A stretch of 64,000 nt of DNA from an uncultured Candidatus Woesearchaeota archaeon (lineage in GTDB: Archaea; Nanobdellota; Nanobdellia; Woesearchaeales; UBA10107). Numbering within the stretch: the stretch's first letter is position 1; every line of letters starts with the position of its first letter. Below the pieces are notes generated by a model that worked only from the letters and a program-made list of their open reading frames with translations, had not been told where the DNA came from and made no database searches. Positions 37,337 through 45,644 of the stretch are shown piece after piece. Made by a program: the position numbers and the translations under genes. The stretch lies in NCBI GenBank assembly GCA_963835585.1, contig CAWIGF010000001.1, forward strand, positions 34,184 to 98,183. Reading direction: 5' to 3'.

Positions 37337-37855
37337 TGGAAGCCCTAGAAATTCCAATGGTAATTCTTCAAAGAAATAATGACAATCAACTGATTTAATA
37401 TATTCTAAAACATCTTTATATTCCGCTGATTTAAACCATTTGCTTAAAATATAAACATATTCAATCTTAATTCCTGTATTTGAAAATAGTTTAATATATT
37501 CCTTCTTTTTAAAATCGCAGGTTTGTAGCTTTTCATCAACAGATCCTGCAACCTCTTGAAACTTCATTTCTATTATGAAAAGAGTCTTAGCTGAAAGAAC
37601 AAAGATTGTTTCATCAGGTAGAAGTTTTTTTGAAAGTCTTGACTTTGCATCATAAATTTTCAATTTAAGACCTAACAACACATCATATACTTCATGTTTC
37701 TTGTAAAATGAAGCAATTAATTTATCATTAAAGAATAAGTCATTTCCAGCAACTTTATACCCATTCAATTTACTAAAAACAGTTCTAAGGTCTAATCTTT
37801 GCTCAAATTTTAATCCAGACAGGGTATTTGATCCCCCTTCACCACCACTAATCAT
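37322..37855 (-). CDS. Putative type II restriction endonuclease (PD-(D/E)xK-like)
   Basis: Convergent with the methyltransferase, 15 nt 3' overlap. PD..ExK-like PDETIFV...IIEMKFQ. Confidence 0.5.
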   Translation of the reverse strand: MISGGEGGSNTLSGLKFEQRLDLRTVFSKLNGYKVAGNDLFFNDKLIASFYKKHEVYDVLLGLKLKIYDAKSRLSKKLLPDETIFVLSAKTLFIIEMKFQEVAGSVDEKLQTCDFKKKEYIKLFSNTGIKIEYVYILSKWFKSAEYKDVLEYIKSVDCHYFFEELPLEFLGLPLPKK

Positions 37856-38099
37856 ATTTAAGCAAAAGAATAAGAACTATTTAAATAGATCCCTTTAACC
37901 TAACAGCTCATCATTTCTAAAATTTTTGTGAAAAGTTTTTTTAATTTCTACAAAACAAAACATCGTGACAAAAAAAAGTTTAATAAAAAAATATCTCGTC
38001 GTAAAATAAATGAAATAAAATTAAAAAAACAAAATTCACTTTTTGAATGTGATTTGAAAATACGAGCATTTAAAAATAAACAACACAAAATAAGAAAAT

Positions 38100-38627
38100 A
38101 TGAAAGTACAGCAAAAGAAACCAAACAAAGTAAAAAAATGGTTCTTGGCGATAGGAATCGCTATAATCTTCGTATTATTCGTGAATTATGCAATATCTGC
38201 TGTGTTTAACCAGCCGGATTACAATAAATATTGCAAACCAAGCGCACAACCAGTCATCAATCAAGGTACAAACGACACTTGCATAGCAAATGGCGGACAA
38301 TGGATAGAAACAAATTCTAATGCATCACAGCAGCCAACAGGATACTGCAATTCCGATTTTGTTTGCGGAAATCAGTACAATTTAGCCCAAACTGCCTACG
38401 ATAATGCTGCATTCATCACAAAAATAATCGCTGGATTGATCGGATTGGTTCTTGGTGTTGCGATTGTTGTTGAAAGCGTCAGCGCAGGATTCCTTCTTGG
38501 AGCTGTCATTAATCTGTTCTTTGCAACGGTGCAATATTGGGACAGGTTCAGCAACATTATCAGAGTGATAATACTTGGCGTTGTGCTTGCTATATTGATA
38601 TGGGTGGGTTACAAGAAAATCAAATGA
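38100..38627 (+). CDS. Membrane protein with Cys-rich ectodomain
   Basis: N-terminal transmembrane helix, Cys-rich region, three C-terminal transmembrane helices. Confidence 0.5.
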   Translation: MKVQQKKPNKVKKWFLAIGIAIIFVLFVNYAISAVFNQPDYNKYCKPSAQPVINQGTNDTCIANGGQWIETNSNASQQPTGYCNSDFVCGNQYNLAQTAYDNAAFITKIIAGLIGLVLGVAIVVESVSAGFLLGAVINLFFATVQYWDRFSNIIRVIILGVVLAILIWVGYKKIK

Positions 38628-38788
38628 AACAATCAAAGTTTATTCAAGGTTTAGTTCTTTTTATGATTGTTTTGCTAATCGCTAATATGGTTCTTTTTGC
38701 ACTGAAAAAGATATCAGTTTTGCTGTTTTGGGTGATAATAGTCATATTCGCCGTTGTTGCATATTCTGGGTTGTTGAAGAAGAAATAA
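38624..38788 (+). CDS. Small two-transmembrane-helix protein (54 aa)
   Basis: ATGA overlap with the upstream gene. MKQSKFIQGLVLFMIVLLIANMVLFAL... Confidence 0.4.
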   Translation: MKQSKFIQGLVLFMIVLLIANMVLFALKKISVLLFWVIIVIFAVVAYSGLLKKK

Positions 38789-38923
38789 TGCCTTAAAATA
38801 TCTCTAGTGGCGGTTTTATGCTAGTTTGTTTAATTACTTAATAGTAGTAACAAATAGAAAGGTTTATATAGGAGTAGTACCTTCCAAGGTATATGCCCGT
38901 TTAAGAGGCAAAGAGGACTTAAA

Positions 38924-39448
38924 ATGAATGTAGAAAACGAAACAAGACAAAATCTGACTGAAATGGTCGCTATTGGTGATGCTCACGTTACTTACATAAC
39001 AGATAAAGATGGAGAAAAACTCCCTTCATATATGATAGCGATAAGGAAAGAACAGGATATCATCGGCATAGGTGGTTTCAAATGGAAAGAAGTCTGTGTC
39101 TATGGTGTTTCTGACAATATTCGTGTCTCAGAATCCATTGCAGACAAATTTTTCAAATCAAATACACCTTCATTAAATCGAGTCCGGTATGAGCCAGGGG
39201 AAGGAAATCCTTTCCTATCGATTCAAAGATATTCCATAAATACAGTACGTAACCCTGTCGTTTTGAGTGAACAGATAGAACAAAAACTTGCAAGACAGAC
39301 TGAAAAAGACACCGTTTCATATCAGAAAGCATTGAAAGAATATGAGATAAATCAACGAGAATTGGAACAAGTGCTGGCTCAATACGCAAACGAACTGAGG
39401 AAAAATCCAAAAAACCATTTCCGCAAAGTGCGGCAGCAGCATAGGTGA
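38924..39448 (+). CDS. Hypothetical protein
   Basis: 174 aa soluble protein. Confidence 0.4.
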   Translation: MNVENETRQNLTEMVAIGDAHVTYITDKDGEKLPSYMIAIRKEQDIIGIGGFKWKEVCVYGVSDNIRVSESIADKFFKSNTPSLNRVRYEPGEGNPFLSIQRYSINTVRNPVVLSEQIEQKLARQTEKDTVSYQKALKEYEINQRELEQVLAQYANELRKNPKNHFRKVRQQHR

Positions 39449-39455
39449 ACAAACA

Positions 39456-39866
39456 ATGAGCACATACTACAAAGGGAAAAACCTAGAACAATACGACAAT
39501 ACAAAAGTTTCATTGAACAAAATAGCATTTGGAACAGGAATAGGCATGCTCATAGGAATTGCATATTTAGGAATAACAAATTCGAACAGATTAACTAACA
39601 AATGGGGAAAACTTCCATACGCCGTTCAGCAGCAGACAATACGCCAGCACGCTAATGCAGAAAGACCAATGCAGACAGGATGCCCTGACTCGATTGATGC
39701 GAACATCATATTAAACAACATAATCATGAAAAATATCAACAATACAAAAGAGGCAAAAAAACAGTGCCTTGAGTATCTAACAAATATTGAGCCATGCGTC
39801 GGGAAGAGCGACATTACGCAAAGCAACATAGATGATATGATAAAAACAGTCAACTCACTCAAATGA
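39456..39866 (+). CDS. Membrane-anchored protein with KLPYxVQQQxIRxHAN motif (paralog 1)
   Basis: N-terminal transmembrane helix then NKWGKLPYAVQQQTIRQHANAE. Confidence 0.45.
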   Translation: MSTYYKGKNLEQYDNTKVSLNKIAFGTGIGMLIGIAYLGITNSNRLTNKWGKLPYAVQQQTIRQHANAERPMQTGCPDSIDANIILNNIIMKNINNTKEAKKQCLEYLTNIEPCVGKSDITQSNIDDMIKTVNSLK

Positions 39867-40093
39867 ACACACATTATCCAGTAGACAATCTCGAAAACAG
39901 ATATTTCATGAAACAGCCGAAACTATCGCCGCTTGAGAAAACAGTTCTTGTGGCAGGCGTATTAATAGGTGGTGTTATTCTTTATGCAGGCATAAAGCAA
40001 TCAGAAAAACTTGTAGATAATTGGAAAAAACTCCCATATTCTGTTCAGCAACAGGCAATTCGCGATCATGCGAACAAAGATTTCAACTATTAG
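39863..40093 (+). CDS. Short paralog of the upstream gene
   Basis: Transmembrane helix then NWKKLPYSVQQQAIRDHANKD. ATGA overlap. Confidence 0.45.
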   Translation: MNTHYPVDNLENRYFMKQPKLSPLEKTVLVAGVLIGGVILYAGIKQSEKLVDNWKKLPYSVQQQAIRDHANKDFNY

Positions 40094-40130
40094 ATAATGT
40101 TTATAAACTTCTTTTCTCATTCTTTTTGTT

Positions 40131-40520
40131 ATGATTGTAATTCCTGTCAAGTTCACATCCGTCGTCATACAAAAATATGCAAGAGACAGCATAACAATCA
40201 GGATTAATTTCACTGATGGTTCAAAAGAGAAGTTCATCGACAAGGATCTAAATTCTGATTTTAACACAGAGGAGCTTACTGAACAGATAATAAGCGAAGT
40301 GAGAAAAATCGCGAAAGAAAACAACGCGAAAACAGGAACAAACTTTCTTGACGACATAGTGATGGTGAGATTTGAGCATGACGAGGAAGAACTCCCTGAG
40401 CGACTCAATAATGCGTTAAGGCGAGTAAAAGAAGAGATAAGAAGAACCACTGGCGCAAAGACGTCAACAAACTACCTTCAAAACATCGCAAACATACAGG
40501 GAGCAAAATTCCAGATATAA
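40131..40520 (+). CDS. Hypothetical protein
   Basis: 129 aa. Confidence 0.4.
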   Translation: MIVIPVKFTSVVIQKYARDSITIRINFTDGSKEKFIDKDLNSDFNTEELTEQIISEVRKIAKENNAKTGTNFLDDIVMVRFEHDEEELPERLNNALRRVKEEIRRTTGAKTSTNYLQNIANIQGAKFQI

Positions 40521-40524
40521 GAAA

Positions 40525-40692
40525 CTATTCCCTGCTGTCAGAAGTAAACTCATCAAGGAGCTCACCAGCTGTTTTTTGCCGCTCAACGGTTTCACGCTTG
40601 TTGCAGTACGGACAAATCTTTGGAGGCATGCTCTTATTTTCCCCTTTTGGGGTAAAAGAATATCCGCAGTTCGTGCAGTTAAATTTTACCAT
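40525..40692 (-). CDS. Small zinc-ribbon protein (55 aa, not in ORF track)
   Basis: Translation MVKFNCTNCGYSFTPKGENKSMPPKICPYCNKRETVERQKTAGELLDEFTSDSRE. Confidence 0.4.
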   Translation of the reverse strand: MVKFNCTNCGYSFTPKGENKSMPPKICPYCNKRETVERQKTAGELLDEFTSDSRE

Positions 40693-40777
40693 GTAAATAC
40701 ATATGTTGTTTTATTTATAAACATTTTGAAAGCAATTTCCCAGTAAATTTATAAAGAAATGAGGAGACAGAGACACC

Positions 40778-42211
40778 ATGAAGATAGACATCAATTCTAA
40801 TAAGGGAGTATTGGTGCTTCCCGTTTATTCTGAGAAGGGAAAACTCTGCTTTTTTGACGACAAAAAGAACAAAGAAGTGAAAGAAAAAGCAAAAAGCGAA
40901 GCAAAGTCATATAATTTTGAAGGAAAGAAGGAAGAACCATTGTTTTTCAAGATTGGGAATGAAAAAATCCTTTTGATTGGATTGAAGGAACGATACGAAG
41001 CAGAGGATTTAAGGCGTTCCTATTCTGTTGTCTGCAGAACTCTCAAGTTAAAGAAGGAAAGCATTGCAACAATTGAAGTTCCTCTTGAAAGCGAGACAGA
41101 AATAAAGGCAATTGTCGAAGGACTTGATCTTACGGATTATAAATTTGACAGATATATCAGGAAAAAAGAGGAAAAGGACGTTGAATTGAGCATTTCTCTT
41201 GATGTAAATAAAAAATTCACAAAAATAATAGAGGAAACACTGCTTGTCGACAGGAACGTCAAATTCGTGCGAGACATCGTCAATGAGAACTCAAACATAA
41301 TAATTCCAGAGAGACTTGCGGAATATGCTTCTGATTTCGCGAAAAAACACAAATTGAACATCAAAATCCTTGATGAAAAACAAATACAGAAAGAAGGATT
41401 GAATTTGCTCTGGGCTGTCGGCCAGGGCTCGCATCATCCGCCACGATTGGTAATTGTCGAGTACAATGGAAATCCACAATCAAAAGAAATTATTGCGCTA
41501 GTCGGAAAGGGCATAACGTTCGATACAGGAGGAACAAACCTCAAGCCGGCTGGTTCCAAGATTGAAGAAATGAAAGAGGATATGGCAGGAGCCGCTGCCT
41601 GCATGGGAGCATTCATGACCGCAGTCGAGTTTGGGATGAAAAAGAATCTGATTTTGGTAATGTCCTGCGCAGAAAACTCAATTTCTGGGCATTCATGCAA
41701 GCCAGGAGACCTCTTTGTCTCATACTCGGGAATTGGAGTTGAGATAGGAAATACGGACGCTGAAGGAAGATTGGTGTTGGCGGATGCAATAGGCTACGTT
41801 CAGAAGAATTACAAGCCAACAAAAATAATCGATTTAGCAACATTGACCGGAGCAATACTCATCGCTCTTGGAAAAACGCTCATTGGATTGTTTGGAAATG
41901 ACGAAAAATTATTAGAACAACTATTCAAGGCAGGAGAAGTTACCGCTGAGCGAACCTGGAAATTACCAATCTATGACGAGCACAGGGATGAGATGAAAAG
42001 TAAATTTGCGGACATAAAAAACAATGGCCCAAGAGAAGGCGGCTCAATAACCGGAGCTGCATTCATCGAAAGGTTTGTAAATGAAGGCATTAAATGGGCA
42101 CACCTTGATATAGCTGGCGCAGTGAGAGGCGAAAAAGACCTGTTTTACGTCCCTGAAGCTGCAACTGGAAAGGGAGTCAGGCTTCTTCTTGAGTTCTTGA
42201 AAAATGATTAA
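40778..42211 (+). CDS. pepA: Leucyl aminopeptidase (M17 family)
   Basis: Active-site motif NTDAEGRLVLADAI. 477 aa. Confidence 0.85.
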   Translation: MKIDINSNKGVLVLPVYSEKGKLCFFDDKKNKEVKEKAKSEAKSYNFEGKKEEPLFFKIGNEKILLIGLKERYEAEDLRRSYSVVCRTLKLKKESIATIEVPLESETEIKAIVEGLDLTDYKFDRYIRKKEEKDVELSISLDVNKKFTKIIEETLLVDRNVKFVRDIVNENSNIIIPERLAEYASDFAKKHKLNIKILDEKQIQKEGLNLLWAVGQGSHHPPRLVIVEYNGNPQSKEIIALVGKGITFDTGGTNLKPAGSKIEEMKEDMAGAAACMGAFMTAVEFGMKKNLILVMSCAENSISGHSCKPGDLFVSYSGIGVEIGNTDAEGRLVLADAIGYVQKNYKPTKIIDLATLTGAILIALGKTLIGLFGNDEKLLEQLFKAGEVTAERTWKLPIYDEHRDEMKSKFADIKNNGPREGGSITGAAFIERFVNEGIKWAHLDIAGAVRGEKDLFYVPEAATGKGVRLLLEFLKND

Positions 42212-42923
42212 ACACAAAGAACATCACAGAACAAAAACTGGAGAAAATCTTCGTGATTTCATCCTTGGTGCACAGGATGGCATAGTAAATATTCTCGGCT
42301 TGGTTCTTGGCGTCGCATCTGCGACATTGAGTTCGAAAGTGGTAATAATTTCTGGGCTTGCAGGATTGTTTGCCGAATCCATATCGATGGGAGCTGTCGC
42401 ATTCACTTCATCTACCGCTGGGCGTGATTTCTACAGGCGCGAGATGATAAGAGAGAAGCATGAAATGAAAACAATTCCTCATGCTGAGCGAGATGAGATA
42501 AGGGAGATCTACAGGGAAAAAGGGTTCAAGGGAAAAGAACTTGAAAGTATTGTCTCCACAATAACATCAAACAAGAAAGTGTGGTTGAACACAATGATGA
42601 CAGAGGAACTAGGATTGTCCAAGAAAACTTATGAAAATCCCGTATCAAGTTCGTTGTTCGTTTTGCTGGCAACATTGATTGGATCGGCAATACCTCTCAT
42701 CGCATTCTTTTTACTGCCTGTAAAACAAGCAATACTTACATCGGTTGTGATAAGCGCGATTGCTTTGTTCGCAATGGGTGCAGTAAAAGCCAAGATAACT
42801 ATAGGCGACTGGAGAAAGACAGGAGTTCAACTGCTGATCATAGGATTGACTTCAGCAGTCCTGGGTTTCGTATTCGGTTTGCTGATCGGACATCTATTTG
42901 GAGCTTCACCAATCATCGGTTGA
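42204..42923 (+). CDS. VIT1/CCC1-family iron/manganese transporter
   Basis: N-terminal GAQDGIVNILGLVLGVA plus C-terminal transmembrane helices. Confidence 0.65.
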   Translation: MIKHKEHHRTKTGENLRDFILGAQDGIVNILGLVLGVASATLSSKVVIISGLAGLFAESISMGAVAFTSSTAGRDFYRREMIREKHEMKTIPHAERDEIREIYREKGFKGKELESIVSTITSNKKVWLNTMMTEELGLSKKTYENPVSSSLFVLLATLIGSAIPLIAFFLLPVKQAILTSVVISAIALFAMGAVKAKITIGDWRKTGVQLLIIGLTSAVLGFVFGLLIGHLFGASPIIG

Positions 42924-43536
42924 CGTTTTCTTCAAATGAACTAGCAAAAATAGGCGTCAAGACATAAAGAATCACATTATAGATTATCCATAAAGATTTT
43001 GTGAGCGTGAAATATCCCTTGAATCTTAGAATTGTCTCGGCAACCTCGTGTTTTTTTGCATGGAATACACAAGGATATGTTTTGCATTCTGGAATAATCA
43101 ACGAAAGCGCCTTCATGACCCTTGGCATATGCCAGTACTCGGCAACAACAAGTATTGAAGATATTTTGTACTGCCTTATTATTTTTCTAAGCTCAAATAT
43201 CTCCGTATAAGTATCAGTTGCGCCAAATGAACCAGGAATGCAATGAAGAATTTTTGAGCGTGGAATTTTAGAAGCATCTGTTATTTTAAATTTCAATTCC
43301 ATCTCCTTCTTCCACAATCCTTTGAATGCTTCAGAGAATACAATAAATGATCCTTGCTTTTTCTTGAACCTGGAAACTGCAACATCAACTCCTTGTTTTC
43401 CAAAAATTGTCAATCTTGACCTATCTTTCGACAATGCAAGGGAAGGAACATAGATTGCATCAACCTTATTCGAAGAAGGACGTGCATATTTTCTAGGAAT
43501 AAAATCAAACAAAAAAGAAAAGAAATCAGAAAGCAT
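42913..43536 (-). CDS. Hypothetical protein (possibly DUF218/YdcF-like)
   Basis: 207 aa. Weak resemblance only. Confidence 0.3.
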   Translation of the reverse strand: MLSDFFSFLFDFIPRKYARPSSNKVDAIYVPSLALSKDRSRLTIFGKQGVDVAVSRFKKKQGSFIVFSEAFKGLWKKEMELKFKITDASKIPRSKILHCIPGSFGATDTYTEIFELRKIIRQYKISSILVVAEYWHMPRVMKALSLIIPECKTYPCVFHAKKHEVAETILRFKGYFTLTKSLWIIYNVILYVLTPIFASSFEENVNR

Positions 43537-43540
43537 ATTC

Positions 43541-44122
43541 TCAGTAATATCTTCGCTTTCTGTTTGCCATCTTGCTTGGTCGCATTTTTTCAGCTCCCTT
43601 GCCCTTGTTCAACAAACCTCTGCTTCTTTTTGCAGATGAAGTAAGTCCTCTGAATGGTCTTCCACGGTGAACGTCTTTTGTTATCCATGACAGACGAGGA
43701 TCTGACTTGATCGCAGGATGAGAAACATCTACCATGATGACTTCATACCATAAATAATGTCCATCTTTCGCAACTTCATATGAATTCAAGACCTCGCAGT
43801 TTGGATAGTTCTGAAGTGCTCGCTGTTCGGCGATTGTCTGATAGTTGAGAACCAATGATTTTCGTGTCGTCCATTTTTTCGAACGTCGTCCTGCGGAAGG
43901 AAGTGGCTTTCTATGTCCGCCTCGCTGCACTCTTTGACGTACGACAAATATTCCTTGCTTTGCTCTATATCCCAAAGAACGCGCTCTGTCAATTCGTGTC
44001 GGCCTATCCAGCTTGACTGTTGCCGGCTCGCTTCTCCATTGTATTTTTCTTGCCTTCATCAAATCAGGCATTGAGTCTGTGGGTTGTGTCCAGAGATCTC
44101 TAACGTATTTGTACATTGACAT
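43541..44122 (-). CDS. rpl15e: 50S ribosomal protein L15e
   Basis: Signature MYKYVRDLW...RIDRARSLGYRAKQGIFVVRQRVQRGG. Confidence 0.85.
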   Translation of the reverse strand: MSMYKYVRDLWTQPTDSMPDLMKARKIQWRSEPATVKLDRPTRIDRARSLGYRAKQGIFVVRQRVQRGGHRKPLPSAGRRSKKWTTRKSLVLNYQTIAEQRALQNYPNCEVLNSYEVAKDGHYLWYEVIMVDVSHPAIKSDPRLSWITKDVHRGRPFRGLTSSAKRSRGLLNKGKGAEKMRPSKMANRKRRYY

Positions 44123-44308
44123 TGTGTGCCTCCATTGTTTTCATTCCCTCCTAAGATTCAAGGAAGCAAATCCTCACATCTCTTGGGAGTATACAATACA
44201 TAGCGGGAATATGGCCTGTTTATAAATATTGCCTTTAATGACTGCCTAGTAGTTGTAAATCTATTTATAAAAAACCTCTCCGATACTCTCAGGGGGTAAT
44301 AAAAAGAG

Positions 44309-45163
44309 ATGGACAGGGAATTCCTTATTGGCGTCGAGGTTACAAGCAAGACTATTACCGCAGGCCTTGTTGATCTAAGCGGGAAGATAGTCAAAAAAAT
44401 CTCACTCCAGACGGAACTTTCAAAAGGGAAGAAAAGAGTCATAGATAACATATCATCCGCCATCAACAAAATAAAAAAGAACAAGATTCTCGGCGTCGGC
44501 GTCTCATTGCCAGGTGTCGTAAACAGAGAAAAAGGCATGGTAATAGATTCTCCGTTCCCGGGTTGGAGCGGATTGACTTTGAAGAAACTGCTTGAAGATC
44601 AAGTTCATACACCTGTTTTCATTGAAAATGAAGGTAGGTGTTTTGCGTTGGCCGAGTACAAATGCGGTACGTTCAAGCGGACAGAAAATGCAATTGGTGT
44701 CTTATTCAACGAGTCAATAAGTTCTGGTCTGATCATTGACGGTAAGCTGACAAAAGGTTCCGCATGTGCAGCAGGATGCCTCAGTCATTCCATTGTTGAT
44801 AACAAGAAAGGAAAGCTCGAGGACGTTGCTTCGCCAAGCTCCATTGAACGATTATTCAAGGAGAAGACAAAAAAGGCAAAACAAATTTCTGAGATTGTAA
44901 CAATGGATAAGGATAAGAACGCAAGGGAAATCCTTTCGGCTGCCGGGACGCAATTTGGAGCAACCATGGCCCATCTTGTCAATGCGTTGAATCCTGAATT
45001 GATTATTGTCGGCGGAGTCTTGGCACGATCCGAGACATTCATGGAAGCCACGCAGCGTGCTGTGCTCAGCAAATCGAACGAAATTTGCGGAAAGCGCGTC
45101 AAGCTCATCGGATCAAAATTAAATGACTCGGCAATACTTGGTGCCGCAAGCATCGTCACCTGA
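44309..45163 (+). CDS. ROK-family sugar kinase/regulator-like protein
   Basis: N-terminal actin-like ATPase fold (IGVEVTSKTITAGLVD), Gly-rich loops, Cys cluster ACAAGC. Confidence 0.6.
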   Translation: MDREFLIGVEVTSKTITAGLVDLSGKIVKKISLQTELSKGKKRVIDNISSAINKIKKNKILGVGVSLPGVVNREKGMVIDSPFPGWSGLTLKKLLEDQVHTPVFIENEGRCFALAEYKCGTFKRTENAIGVLFNESISSGLIIDGKLTKGSACAAGCLSHSIVDNKKGKLEDVASPSSIERLFKEKTKKAKQISEIVTMDKDKNAREILSAAGTQFGATMAHLVNALNPELIIVGGVLARSETFMEATQRAVLSKSNEICGKRVKLIGSKLNDSAILGAASIVT

Positions 45164-45571
45164 TTAGAATAATTTCTGAACTGTATTCCTTGTTTCTTTC
45201 ATGACATCTGATGGTAATTTCTTTCGCTTCCACTCATCCAAGCCATCCCCCTTGAATCGAGGAATCACATGAGCATGCGAATGCATCACGAACTGCCCGG
45301 CTGCCGCCTTGTTGTTGATTCCAATGTTAATCCCGTCCGCATTTACTGCCTTTTGCACAACCGATGATGTTTTTTTTATCAATGACATCATATCGCGGGC
45401 AAGCTCATCAGGAATGTCAAAAATATCGCTGTAATGTTTTTTTGGAACAACAAGACAATGCCCCCTGTTAACGGGATTCAAATCCAGAAAGACTATAAAA
45501 TTTGATGTTTCATGAACGAGGTCCGCAGGAATTTCCTTGTTAATTATCTTGCAGAATATGCAGTCGACCAT
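45164..45571 (-). CDS. HIT-family hydrolase
   Basis: Histidine triad HSHAHVIP. Start set at MVDCIFCKI. The ORF track extends upstream to 45667. Confidence 0.75.
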   Translation of the reverse strand: MVDCIFCKIINKEIPADLVHETSNFIVFLDLNPVNRGHCLVVPKKHYSDIFDIPDELARDMMSLIKKTSSVVQKAVNADGINIGINNKAAAGQFVMHSHAHVIPRFKGDGLDEWKRKKLPSDVMKETRNTVQKLF

Positions 45572-45644
45572 GCAATAAAGCAAGGATAAATTATATATAA
45601 GCATTTCCATCAAATTTATATAATCAGTTCTTCGAACTAGAAAC

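Larger units (their letters stand above)
34261..37910 (-). mobile_element. IS1595-like cargo transposon: 31 bp near-perfect terminal inverted repeats and 8 bp target duplication, carrying a transposase, a type II R-M system and two tRNAs
   Basis: Left end tgtgctgttaggttaaagggatctatttaaa (34261-34291). Right end is its reverse complement (37880-37910) with one mismatch. Flanking direct repeats TCATTTCT at 34253-34260 and 37911-37918. Confidence 0.7.

Noticed and set aside
37928-38209. 93 aa Lys-rich ORF
   Set aside because: It overlaps an A-rich intergenic tract and the start of the 38100 membrane-protein gene. Poly-Lys translation of AAA runs. Likely non-coding.
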